From NCBI GenBank assembly GCA_002269645.1, contig NIVC01004232.1, positions 1 through 53,940 on the forward strand: 53,940 nt of DNA, in the 5' to 3' direction. The notes under the pieces were generated by a model. That model worked only from the letters and a program-made list of their open reading frames with translations. It was not told the origin of the DNA and ran no database searches. Position 1 is the first letter of the stretch. Each line of letters starts with the position of its first letter. Shown in pieces: positions 37,047 through 48,964 of the stretch. The DNA comes from Macrostomum lignano. Its lineage: Eukaryota. A program made the position numbers and the translations under genes.

Positions 37047-39849
37047 ATGTGGCGTCTGTTTTGGCGTCACCAACTTGCCATTTGCTGCGCTGTTCGCATC
37101 GGCCTAATTGCCTATAGCTACGCACACGACGCCCTATTTGAAGTGAAGTACACGGATATTGACTACCTGGTGTTTAACAATGCCTCGCGTCACATGCTCC
37201 AAGGCGGATCGCCTTATCTTGAGTCTGAGTACCGCTATACTCCGCTGATTGCGCTTGTCACTCTGGGCAATTTTCTGCTGCACAGCGGCTTTGGCAAATT
37301 TGTATTCGCCGCTGCGGATGTTGCCTGCGGCTGCCTGCTAGCCGGATTGACTGGCTGGCCAGCCGCAGCCGCCTGGCTGTGGAACCCTATCGTGCTGGGC
37401 GTGTCCAGCCGTGGCAGCGCTGAGCCTTTGATTCTGCTCTGCGTGCTGGCCTGTCTGCGCTGCCTGCTGGCTGGCCGCTTTGCTGCCTGCGGCTTGGCGC
37501 TTGGACTGTCGGTGAGGCTGGGACTGCTGGGCAGACTGTGGGATGCTGGGGCTGTTGATGAGGCTGTGGGATGCTAAGGTTGTTGATGAGGCTGTGGGAT
37601 GCTGCGGCTGTTGATGAGGCTGTGGGATGCTGGGGTTGTTGATGAGGCTGTGGGATGCTGCGGCTGTTGATGAGGCTGTGGGATGCTGGGGTTGTTGATG
37701 AGGCTGTGGGATGCTGCGGCTGTTGATGAGGCTGTGGGATGCTGGGGTTGTTGATGAGGCTGTGGGATGCTGGGGCTGTTGATGAGGCTGTGGGATGCTG
37801 GGGTTGTTGATGAGGCTGTGGGATGCTGGGGCTGTTGATAAGGCTGTGGGATGCTGGGGCTGTTGATGAGGCTGTGGGATGCTGTGACTGTTGATAAGGC
37901 TGTGGGATACAGACTGTTGATGAGGCTGTGAGCTGCTGGGAATGTTAATGAGGCTGTAGGATGCACAGGGACTGTTTATGAGGCTGTAGGATGCACAGGG
38001 ACTGTTTATGAGGCTGTCGGATGCTGGGACTGTTGATGAGGCTGTGAGCTGCTGGGACTGTTAATGAGGCTGTGAGCTGGTGGGATTGTTGATGAGCCTG
38101 TTTAATGCTCATCCGAGTAAAATTTAGCACCCGGATGATTTTTAAGTCAGCGAGGCTAGTCTATATCGAGGTACAAATAGAGTTGCTTAATTAACTGTTG
38201 GCTTTTTTAAACCGATGCAGGTGCACGCCAAGCTGTACCCGGTGATCTACTGTCCAGCGATCTGTCTGCATGTCTGGCGCACATCTGCCAGCGCCTCTCA
38301 AGCTGTTAGTCGCCTGATCCGCTTAGCCATCTGCGCCGCCCTCAGCTTTGGCGCACCGCTAGCGCTGTTCTATCATCTCTATGGCAACGAGTTTGTGTCG
38401 CAGGCCTACCTGTACCATTTCGGTCGGCTGGATCCGCAGCACAATTTCTCGGTGTACTTTCTGCCAATGCGACTGCTGGGGCCTCGGATTCTGCGCGCCG
38501 TGTCCGGCCTGGCGTTCGGCTTGCAGGCCGGCTCCGTGCTGCTGTTTTCCTGGGCTGTGCCGCATCAGGATGCCTGCTGGTTCTTTGTCACCTTCGGCTT
38601 TGTCAGTCTGAATAAGGTTCGAGCCTGTTCGAAATGGGTGTCCAAAATTAGTATTAGAACTCCCAGTATTTTACTTTTCTCTTTTCGTCAGCTGGTCTTC
38701 TTAATCACTGAGCCAGCGAACTCACCTTTGGGCGCATCTGTGCGACCTTTTTTTCGCATTATGTAAGAGATTAGGTGTCAGGGATAGTCCAGTACTGGAG
38801 TGGATGGACTGGGTGTCAGTATTACACTGGAGTGGATGCACTATGTGTCAGTATTATTCATATCTATACACTGGAGTGGGTGGACTGGGTGTCAGTGTTA
38901 CACTGGAGTCGATGGACTGGGTGTCAGTATTACACTGTAGTGGATGGACTGGGTGTCAGTATTACACTGGAGTGGGTGGACTGGGTGTCAGTATTACACT
39001 GGAATGGATTTATTAAGTGTCAGTGTTACACTGGAGTGGATGGACTGGGTGTCAGTATTACACTGGAGTGGGTGGACTGGGTGTCAGTATTACACTGGAA
39101 TGGATGGACTGGGTGTCAATATTACACTGGAGTGGATGTATTAAGTGTCAGTATTACACTGGAGTGGGTGGACTGGGTGTCAGTATTACACTGGAGTGGA
39201 TGGACTGGGTGTCAGTATTACACTGGAATGGATGGACTGGGTGTCAGTATTACACTGGAGTGGATGTATTAAGTGTCAGTGTTACACTGGAGTGGATGGA
39301 CTGGATGTCAGTATTACACTGGAGTGGATTGGATTAGGTGTCAGTGTTACACTGGATTGCATAGACTGGGTGTTGTGTTAAATATGAGTGCATTTGTGAT
39401 GCCTGGGAAACTGTGTTCGAGTTCCATTCTGTTTTGGATTTTTCAAACGTAGGTTGAAGAAAAGCAAATAGCTATGATACTACTCTAACTACTGAGTTCT
39501 TTCAGTAGCTTGGTAGCATATATACTGGATGTTTTACCCCCTCTGGCTTCAGGTAATAACTTCTCAGTACTTCCTTTGGTACCTGGTGTTCCTACCGCTA
39601 TTGCTGTACCGACTGGTCCCGTCCAGTGGCCGGTGGTTGCTATGCCAGCTGGCCATAGCTTGGCTGCTGCCGCAGGCTGTCTGGCTCGGCCTGGCCTACC
39701 TGCTGGAGTTTCGCCGCCTGCCTATAGTTGAATTAGTCTGGCTAGCCAGTCTGTTTGTGTTGCTAAGCAACGCCTGGATTGCCTGGCGCCTGTTTGATGC
39801 CTACAGACGGCGAATGCAAGGCGACAGTGAGGCGAAAAGGCGCGATTGA
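37047..39849 (+). CDS. PIGM: GPI mannosyltransferase 1 (PIG-M), 3 exons, about 385 aa
   Basis: Exons 37047-37511, 38221-38616, 39553-39849, all phase 0. Motifs VKYTDIDY (DxD), YRYTPL, SSRGSAE, S|VHAKLYP, YLYHFGRLDPQHNFSVYF, FVSLNK|VITSQYFLWY. Confidence 0.96.
37512..38100 (+). repeat. 28-bp minisatellite in PIG-M intron 1
   Basis: gatgaggctgtgggatgctggggttgtt. Confidence 0.93.
38775..39370 (+). repeat. 32-bp minisatellite in PIG-M intron 2
   Basis: gtgtcagtattacactggagtggatggactgg. Confidence 0.93.
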
Positions 39850-40129
39850 TTTTGCTATAACGTTGTACTTTTAAATTTAAATAGTGCATTTAATTGTCTT
39901 AAAAAGAAGCCAATTAACTGCTGAATTTATTGCTGCTAGAAACTTATTGCTACAGTTACCTGTACCTGGAATTTGTACTTTTCTCAGTCTTGCTGTTTAT
40001 AGTTTGTTATGAAATATAATTTTGTTGCCTAACTATAAATTCATGCTAATCGGCATTATTTCTTATTTGATAATTTCTAGTCATCATTTATTTTGGGAAT
40101 TACCAACAGTGTGTTCCATAAATTTGTTA

Positions 40130-41630
40130 ATGAGACTCTGGGCTGCTGGGGCTGTTGATGAGACTGTAGGATGCTGAGGCTGTTGATGGGACTGTAGGAT
40201 GCTGAGGCTGTTGATGATACTGTAGGATGCTGAGGCTGTTGATGGGACTGTAGGATGCTGAGGCTGTTGATGGGACTGTAGGATGCTGAGGCTGTTGATG
40301 AGACTGTAGGATGCTGAGGCTGTTGATGGGACTGTAGGATGCTGAGGCTGTTGATGGGACTGTAGGATGCTGAGGCTGTTGATGATACTGTAGGATGCTG
40401 AGGCTGTTGATGGGACTGTAGGATGCTGAGGCTGTTGATGGGACTGTAGGATGCTGAGGCTGTTGATGAGACTGTAGGATGCTGAGGCTGTTGATGGGAC
40501 TGTAGGATGCTGGAGTTGTTGATGAGACTGTAGGATGCTGGAATTGTTGATGAGACTGTAGGATGCTGAGGCTGTTGATGGGACTGTAGGATGCTGAGGC
40601 TGTTGATGGGACTGTAGGATGCTGAGGCTGTTGATGAGGCTGTAGGATTCTGGGTTTGTTGCTGAGACTGGGATTCTGAGGCTGTTGATATGATTTTTGG
40701 ATGCTGAGGCTGTTGATGAGACTGTAGGATGCTGGAGTTGTTGATGAGACTGTAGGATGCTGGAGTTGTTGATGAGACTGTAGGATGCTGGAATTGTTGA
40801 TGAGACTGTAGGATGCTGGAGTTGTTGATGAGACTGTAGGATGCTGGAGTTGTTGATGAGACTGTAGGATGCTGGAATTGTTGATGAGACTGTAGGATGC
40901 TGGAATTGTTGATGAGACTGTAGGATGCTGGAATTGTTTATGAGACTGTAGGATGCTGGAGTTGTTGATGAGACTGTAGGATGCTGGAGTTGTTGATGAG
41001 ACTGTAGGATGCTGGAGTTGTTGATGAGACTGTAGGATGCTGGAATTGTTGATGAGACTGTAGGATGCTGGAGTTGTTGATGAGACTGTAGGATGCTGGA
41101 GTTGTTGATGAGACTGTAGGATGCTGGAATTGTTGATGAGACTGTAGGATGCTGGAATTGTTGATGAGACTGTAGGATGCTGGAATTGTTGATGAGACTG
41201 TAGGATGCTGGAGTTGTTGATGAGACTGTAGGATGCTGATATTGTTGATGGGACTGTAGGATGCTGGAATTGTTGCTGAGACTGTAGGATGCTGGAATTG
41301 TTGATGGGACTGTAGGATGCTGGAGTTGTTGATGAGACTGTAGGATGCTGATATTGTTGATGAGACTGTAGGATGCTGGAATTGTTGATGAGACTGTAGG
41401 ATGCTGGAATTGTTGATGGGACTGTAGGATGCTGGAATTGTTGCTGAGACTGGGATTCTAAGGCTGTTGATATATTTTTGGATGCTGAGGCTGTTGATGG
41501 GACTGGACTGTAGGATGCTGGAATTTTTGATGAGGCTGTAAGATGCTGGGGCTGCTGATGAGGCTGTAGGATGCTGGGGCTGCTGATGAGGCTGTAGGAT
41601 GCTGGGGCTGCTGATAAGGCTGTAGGATAC
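40130..41630 (+). repeat. 28-bp satellite downstream of PIG-M (same family as intron 1)
   Basis: gatgagactgtaggatgctggagttgtt, about 53 copies. Confidence 0.95.
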
Positions 41631-41686
41631 TGTAAAGTATGGTTGTGTTAGAAATTTTAAATTAACGAGTCGCCACCTGGATTATT

Positions 41687-42229
41687 ATGGCTATGGGTAT
41701 GATGGATATCAGGATCTAAAATGCTCAAGCTTATTCGCTTCCGGTCAAGGCAACGCGCGGCTCGGGACGCTCAGGCGGTGCTGTCAGTTTGCATCGGCCG
41801 GCAGCCGCCGCCGCTCCAGCTTCCTCAGAGAGGCCCAGTCGGACGGCCGCTGCCGCCTCATCTTCAGCTCCCGGATTTCCTGGTCGCGGCGTTCGTTTGG
41901 CGCCTACGGTGGCGCCGCGACAGGCGCCGGCGCCAACAGTCGGCGCTAGAACGACGACTCGGGCGTCGACAAACGCAACGACTTCTAGTGCTGGCGGCGC
42001 CGCGAAGTCGTCGAATCTGCGTCGATTGGCGCCCGGCGGCCCGTCGGCGGCGCCAGCCGCTTCGCCGTCTGTTCGACGCGCGCCTCCTGCGCGAACTTCG
42101 GGCGCTGGGCGCGGTGGCGCCGCTGCTGGCGGCGTTGCTGAGAAGCGCCGGCGCGAGGAGATGCGCGCGGCAAATGCGGCATTCTTGGACAGACTGACTG
42201 CTAAACAGGGACAGCAGGAGGATAATTAA
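41687..42229 (+). CDS. Unidentified GC-rich coding region with two overlapping candidate frames
   Basis: Frame B: MAMGMMDIRI* then open to 42229 (Ala/Ser/Pro/Gly-rich, C-terminal EKRRREEMRAANAAFLDRL). Frame A: ATG 41721 to 42197, 158 aa, Arg/Leu-rich. The GC island ends at the frame B stop. Confidence 0.5.
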
Positions 42230-42829
42230 TTAATAATGAGGAAATCCGGGACATTCCACATATTTCTAGCGCTGATAAAGCCAAATCTTAAAACTGCAGA
42301 TTTTAGATTTCGTTCTGTTTTATAGACGAGTTAAATCTCCACTTAAATAGGCGAGATATCTCCGTCCCAGCTATAATTTATGAGTTTATTTATTTGTTGC
42401 CTTGATATTGAAACTAACTATTGCATTGTTCATTTTTGTTTGTTAATAGGAAATAAAAGTGCCTATTTTTATCATATGTTTTTTGTCAAACACTGGCTTT
42501 CAGTTTGACGAGAGCCTCTTAAAATTTATTATTGTCTCGATTCATAAAACCAATGAGTTGAGCAGTGTTATTTTTATGATTTTTAGGCACAGGACTTGTA
42601 GGTAGGATCTACTGTCTACTATCAAAATCAATTGCAAATTTTGTGCCGAAAAATGAAAACCTCCATTCTCCTTAATGTCTTTTTTCGGTAAAACCTGCCT
42701 CCTAGGAATTTCCAAGAAACGTAAATTATTAACGCTACATATCGGCTGACACTCTTTGGCAATCCAATGAGCATTTAAGCCCTTCCAGGATTAATAAAGT
42801 CGTTATTGGGTCGGGGCAGTCACGTGACA

Positions 42830-42893
42830 AAATCGATCACATACCTACATACCTAGATAGATAGATACCGACTGACCATTTTTAGTATATGGA
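42830..42893 (-). mobile_element. 5' fragment of the same Helitron-like family
   Basis: Reverse complement tccatatactaaaaatggtcagtcggtat...gtgatcgatttt matches 13304-13370. Confidence 0.75.
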
Positions 42894-43066
42894 AGTCAAG
42901 GTGCCGAGTGGGCTTGGTTTTCGACTTTCGAAAACCGGTAAACTAAATATAAAAAGCATCAGTGTCTCCTCATTGATTTCCTGCTGTCAAACACTCTCAC
43001 TGAGCCAACAGTTAAAGAGATTGAAAGAAAGACAATAGTTAGTGCTGCTTACAGTCGGCTCTCTTC

Positions 43067-46000
43067 ATGTTTCTCAGCGGCGGCACTGCCAGCGTCGCCG
43101 GCGGCGGCGTCGGCGGTTTCGGCGACCACGATCCGGCTGCTACGGCGGCGGCCGCGCAGCTGCACAGCGAAGACGATCTGGCTAGAGCGGCCGAGACCTA
43201 TCAGGAGTATCTGACTCCGCACAATGTGTGCATGTTTGTCATCATTAGAGAGTATCTGCAGCTGTGCCACACCACTAGCGGCTGCGCGCTGGACGGCTCG
43301 CAGCTGGCCTCCGTGTCGATGATGTCAGACGGAGCGGGAGGCGCCGACACAATCGGCCTTTCGGCGATGGGCCTGCAGCAGAAGCAGCAAGACTCCGGCT
43401 TAGCTCGAACGCCATTAGAGAAATTCGAACTGTTTAACTTCATTCTGGATCAGCTGGATGCTGAGCAGCTGTTTCCTATGGAGACGCTGATGTCGCGCGG
43501 TCGGGCTGTGATGAAGCCGACCCTGTGCAAGCAGGTGAGTCTCATCTATGATTGAATAAAGAAATAGTCTGTTGGGAATTGATTTATTCAAAGACAGTAA
43601 TCGTTTTATTGGGCCTCTTATCCTTCTTAGCCTCTTATCTGGGCCAGCTTACACATTCTTCCTCGCTACTGAGCTGAAAGTTGAGAAATTGTCCAGTATG
43701 CAAATATGGCTATGTGACCAATCTAGTTATCATAGTATCCGTGGTTATCGATGATTTTCCGTTGGAAAAAGTTAGTTACGAGGAGCTAGTTAGTCAGTTA
43801 GTTAATTAGTTGGTTAGTTGGTTAGTTAGTCAGTTAGTTAGTTAATTAGTTGGTTAGTTAGTTGGTTAGTTAGTTAATTAGTTGGTTAGTTAGTTGGTTA
43901 GTTAGTTAATTAATTAGTTAGTTAATTAGTTAGCTTGTTAATTAGTTAGTTAGTTAGTTAGCTAGTTAGTTAGTTGGCTAGTTAGTTAGCTAATTATTCA
44001 GTTACTTACCTAACTAGTTATATATTGCAGTAGTTAGCTAGTACTATAGCTCGCAAAGTGGGTCGGGAAAGCTGTCAGTTCTCTTGTCTGCTGTCTATCA
44101 ACTTAATATTCCAACTGTAACCAAATCCACCAGGTGGACAGACGCATCCGTCAATTCTTCATGAAGCAGCCGGCCAAAGAGACGCGCAGCCCGTTCCACA
44201 TGCTGGAGACCTACCTGTCTTCTCAGGCGCTTAATTCGCTTTACCGAGACGAAGTCCGCGGCGGCGGCAACGGCGGTCCCGGCCTGTCGCCCAGCAGCGT
44301 GTGCGGTGCTTTCATGCGCAAAGTTGTGTACGCGTTCCAGTCTAGGACGTTTGCCCAGGCCTATAACTTTGTTGGCCGACTGCGGATGTACTATTACGGC
44401 AGCGTGGACGCTAACGACACTTTCCCGGGGCCGGACGACCTCCGAAGGAGGCAGAATGAGGAGGTGGTGCGTGCCGAAATGGAAAAGGGGTTGAGAGGTT
44501 TAGGGTAGGGCTATGGGGCGGGTTTAGGCTAGGGCTATGGGGCGGGTTATGGGGCGGGTTTAGGGTAGGGCTATGGGGCGGGTTATGGGGCGGGTTTAGG
44601 TTAGGGCTATGGGGCGGGTTATGGGGCGGGTTATGGGGCGGGTTTAGGGTAGGGTTATGGTTAGGGTAGGGTTATGGGGCGGGTTTAGGGTAGGGCTATG
44701 GGGCGGGTTTAGGGTAGGGTTATGGTTAGGGTAGGGTTATGGGGCGGGTTTAGGGTAGGGCTATGGGGCGGGTTTAGGGTAGGGTTATGGTTAGGGTAGG
44801 GTTATGGGGCGGGTTTAGGGTAGGGCTATGGGGCGGGTTTAGGGTAGGGTTATGGGGCGGGTTTAGGGTAGGGTTATGGGTCGGGTTTAACCAACCAGGG
44901 GAACCAAAGAACTGAATTAGATTAAGGAATTGGGAAAATTCAGAAAGGTAGACAAAGAATAGCAGACATGCATTCACCTATGACTCTGCTGGGCAGCCAA
45001 GAGTGCAGCACTGTAAAACCATCCCCACGCCAGGAGCTTCACACGCACGGCCTGCTGGACACGAATCGGTTCCTGCCTGAGGACGAGCCTGACGCCTGGC
45101 AACTGGACAGGCGCCGAGCTGAGGCTCTGGTTGCTGAGCAGGCCTTCCTACTTGAGCACAATCCATCTGAAGCGGCCGATCCTAACGAATTGGAGGAGCG
45201 GCTAAGCCGGCTGTGCAGCCTGCACCCGGGCCTGGACTCGCTGCTGTTCCTGCGCTATCTCAATTCTGTCCGCCAGCGCGATCGGACCGGCGCTGAGCGC
45301 CATCTGCGCGCCTATTTCGATTTGCGCGGCGAACGCGGCGATGGCGGTTTAGGCAACGCCTACGACGTGATGGCGCTGGCGTCTATGATGCACTATTTCG
45401 GTTTCAGAGACGAGGCCCAGATGCCGCTTAAGGAAGCCCTGCTGCACTGCTTGGCCAGGGGCGAGGCCGGTCCCGATAGGGTGAGTAGCGTGGCTTTCCT
45501 GCAAATGTTCCGATTATACTCAAGAAGCCTGGGAAATCCCGATTTCAGTTAGGAACATCTGGGGAATCCCGATTTCAATTAGGGACATCTGAGAAATCCC
45601 GATTTTGATTAGGGACATCTTGGAAATCCCAATTTCGATAAGTTACATCTGGGAAATCCTGATTTCAATTGAGGACATCTAAAAAATCCCGATTTCAATT
45701 AGGGACATCTGAGGAATCCCGGTTTTGATTAGGTATATCTGGGGAATCCTGACTTTGATTTGGGACATCTGAGAAATTCCGATTTTGATTATGGACATCT
45801 GGGAAATCCCAATTTCGATAAGTTTCATCTGGGAAATCTCGATTTTGATTCGGGACATCTGGGAAATTCCGATTTTGAATAGGGATGCCTGGGAAATCCC
45901 AATTTTGATAAAGTACATCTGGGAAATCCCGATTTCGATTGGGGACATCTGGGAAATCCCGGTTTCGATTAGGGACATCTGGGAAATCCATATTCTATTG

Positions 46001-47866
46001 GGATGTCTGGGTAATCCCTTTTTTGATTAGGGACATTTGGGAAATCCCGATTTCGATTGAGGATGTCTGGGAAATCCCGATTAGAGACATCTGGGAAATC
46101 CCGATTTAGAAACACTGAATAATTCCCCGTCCGCCCGCAGGCCAGATCCCCGGCCGAGCTGGCTCTGTCGCAGATGCGTTCGGACGCTCGCCGTTTGCTG
46201 TCCTGCCCAGTTCCGCTGCGCGGCGTCCTCGCCCGCATCCTGCTGGACAAGGCCGGGGCTGCCGGCAAGCCTAAACTGATTGTTGCATCCACTGTGCAGC
46301 AGGTGCTGTCGGCCTGTCACCTGTTCGGGTTGCACAGCGTGTCCAGCGTGCTGGCCCAGGTGCTGCTGCTAACTGACCTGTCCGAGAGAGGCATTCCGCT
46401 GCTCAATGAGTCCGTGGCTGTGGCAGCTGCTCAACTGGCTGTCCAACTGGGCGAACAGGTGAGTGACTGAAGTAGGTAGAGGGTAGCAACGGGGATGGAT
46501 GAAGGGTAGCAACGGAGGGTGGATGGAGGGTAGCAACGGAGGATGGATGGAGGGTAGCAACAGAGGATGGATGGAGGGTAGCAATGGAGGGTGGATGGAG
46601 GGTAGCAACGGAGGGTGGATGGAGGGTAGCAACGGAGGGTGGATGGAGGGTAGCAACGGAGGGTGGATGGAGGGTAGCAATGAAGGGTGGAGAGATGGAT
46701 GGTAGCAAAGGAGGGTGGATAGATGGAGGGTAGCAAATGGAGGGTGAATAGATGGAGGGTAGCAAATGGAGGGTGAATAGATGGAGGGTAGCAAATGGAG
46801 GGTGAATAGATGGAAAATAGCAAAGGAGGGTGGAAAGATGGAGGGTAGCAAATGGAGGGTGAATAGATGGAGGGTAGCAAATGGAGGGTGAATAGATGGA
46901 GGGTAGCAAATGGAGGGTGAATAGATGGAGGGTAGCAAATGGAGGGTGAATAGATGGAGGGTAGCAAATGGAGGGTGAATAGATGGAGGGTAGCAGAAGT
47001 CACCTGACTCAATGATCAAGCGTCCCTGATTACACTTCCGCTGTCAGGGCGCCTCAGACTTGGCCAGCGACCTGCTGGATAGCCTGCAGCGCAATCTGCG
47101 CGAGCTGCGCTCCCCGCTAACCCAGGCGCTGGACACGGCCAGACGGGAGCTGCAGTTCCAGCGTGCCCTATTCAGCTCTGATCACGCCCGCGCCGCCTCC
47201 TTGGCCGCCGCCGCCGATGTCCAACAGCTTGGCGACGGTGGCGACGCCTGCATAGCGGCCGACTCGCTGCTGAAGCGGGCTGTCGCCCAGCTCGGCCTGG
47301 CTAACCTGCACACTGCTCACAGCCTGTGCGGCCAGGCCCTGGCCCTGCTCAGCTCCGACAAAGGCACCCCGGCTGCCGCTCTGGCCGTCAGGGCGCGCCT
47401 GCTGCTGTGCGAAGCGGCGCTTATTGGCCGGTGCCCGAGCCTGATCTACTCAGAGCTGGCTCAGTGCCGCCAGCTGATTGGCGACCGCCTGTTCAACTTG
47501 GACCCGCTGATTCGCCTGTACCAGGCTGCCGCTCTGCACGCCTCCGGCCGGCCGGCCGACGCCCTGGCCGAACTGGCGCCCGGCCGATGCTACCTGATGT
47601 CGCAGGCGTCGCTGTGCCTGCGCGCCCGACTGCTGCTGCTGGAAGCCCAGGCCCTGTCGGCTCTGGACCGGCTCCGGGCTGCTGTACGCCGGCTTCTGGC
47701 CGCTAGGCGAGGCTTCCGCGCGATTGGCTGCGTAGGCCGTCAGCGGCTCTGCTGTCTGCTGCTGGCGCACCTGTACCACCGGCTGGGGCTGGCCAGCCTG
47801 CGCAATCGGGCCGCTTCGGAGTTTGGCCGCCTGCCGGCTGTGCCCGATCCTGTTAGCGTGCTGTGA
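43067..47866 (+). CDS. ANAPC5: Anaphase-promoting complex subunit 5, 5 exons, about 794 aa
   Basis: Exons 43067-43534, 44134-about 44466, 45034-45480, 46141-46458, 47048-47866, all phase 0. EYLTPHNV, SSVCGAFMRKVVYAF and LLFLRYLNSVRQRD...HLRAYFD align by eye to APC5. Confidence 0.88.
43785..44040 (+). repeat. Degenerate (TTAG)n tract in APC5 intron 1
   Basis: ttagttagtt/ttggttag repeats. Confidence 0.9.
44497..44890 (+). repeat. G-rich telomere-like minisatellite in APC5 intron 2
   Basis: tttagggtagggctatggggcggg repeats. Confidence 0.9.
45530..46108 (+). repeat. 30-bp minisatellite in APC5 intron 3
   Basis: gggacatctgggaaatcccgatttcgatta. Confidence 0.92.
46478..46996 (+). repeat. 24/27-bp purine-rich minisatellite in APC5 intron 4
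   Basis: atggagggtagcaacggagggtgg grading into ggagggtagcaaatggagggtgaatagat. Confidence 0.92.
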
Positions 47867-48570
47867 CCCGCTGCTGCTAGTATTCCTACTATATAGTAGT
47901 CACTACTGCATTTCTCTGTGTGTATCTCAGTCAGCCAAATTGCATTATTTAGTGGAGGTCAAATCCAGGGTTTTAGCACCATAGACCATTGACCGTGAAT
48001 TGGCTTCCACTATGGTGTTTACGAGCTATGCTACAGCTACAGCTTCTGCAGCAACAGCTGATGTCTGTGGCCCAAACCCCGAGGTTTACTAGGCCACAGA
48101 GACTCAGATATTAGAATCTGTGGTTTATGCTGTGAGCATTCAGGCTCAGATTAAGTTGAGAAATGTGGCACTTTAATGTGACCATTTTTATATCTGATAC
48201 TTATTAAAGCATTTGCTCTGTTCTGTACGAAATATACATAAAGCATGACTTGCCGAGCTAACATTTGCGTAGCTATTTTGACTAAAAAAGTGAGTTCTTG
48301 GTTGAGTATACAAAATTTGTTGCTACAAGTATGATGCGTTCCAGCAGGCATAGCGAAAGCTACATGTATAGCTTCATGTAAATTTGCAATGGTATCAAAT
48401 AGTAAATAAAGGCCGCGCCATTGTACAACTTTAATCGCTCGAACGGAACAAAGACAGTAATTTTAGTCGTAGTTTATATTTGTATGTATAGTAGTACAAT
48501 ATAAGTAACACAATTTCTGCGATGAATTTATTAACACATGATAGACCAGGTATGATAGAATGTTCACAAT

Positions 48571-48899
48571 CAGGAGCGTCGCCATGTATTTTATGGTGGG
48601 GACCGGGGGACAAAGCCAAGAATTCGTTTTGTACGTGTACATGACTAAATTCCTACATGTACACTATTGGGGGAATCAGTGTTGTCAGCGCTCATTTTAG
48701 CGCCGCAGGCACTCATTTTGGCACCGCAGGCACTCATTTTGGTGCTGCAGGCACTATGTTTTGTCTCCATAAAGCAAAATTATTGATTTCCATAACCGGT
48801 CAACAAAGGTGGGTACGTGGTGGACAAAGAATTGGCATGTCCGCCCCATAACTTTTACTGGGGGGACATGTCCCCCCCCCCCCGGTGGCGACGCCCCTG
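48571..48899. mobile_element. hAT-type MITE, 329 bp
   Basis: TIR cagg(a/g)gcgtcgcca; 8-bp TSD ttcacaat (48563-48570 and 48900-48907); three internal 21-bp repeats. Confidence 0.87.
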
Positions 48900-48964
48900 T
48901 TCACAATAAGAGCACATAGAGTGTAATTAAGTCACGGTCTCTACCATTGATTCATTGGCTAGTG

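Noticed and set aside
37574-39381. ORFs in PIG-M introns (HSLINSPSIPQ..., WSGWTGCQYYTG...)
   Set aside because: Minisatellite translations inside introns defined by clean phase-0 junctions.
45530-46108. Tandem GGGAAATCCC (kappaB-like) sites in APC5 intron 3
   Set aside because: The motif is simply part of the 30-bp monomer; there is no evidence of binding, or of NF-kB in this organism.
46369-47019. Pro/Ser/His-rich minus-strand ORFs
   Set aside because: Translations of the APC5 intron 4 repeat.
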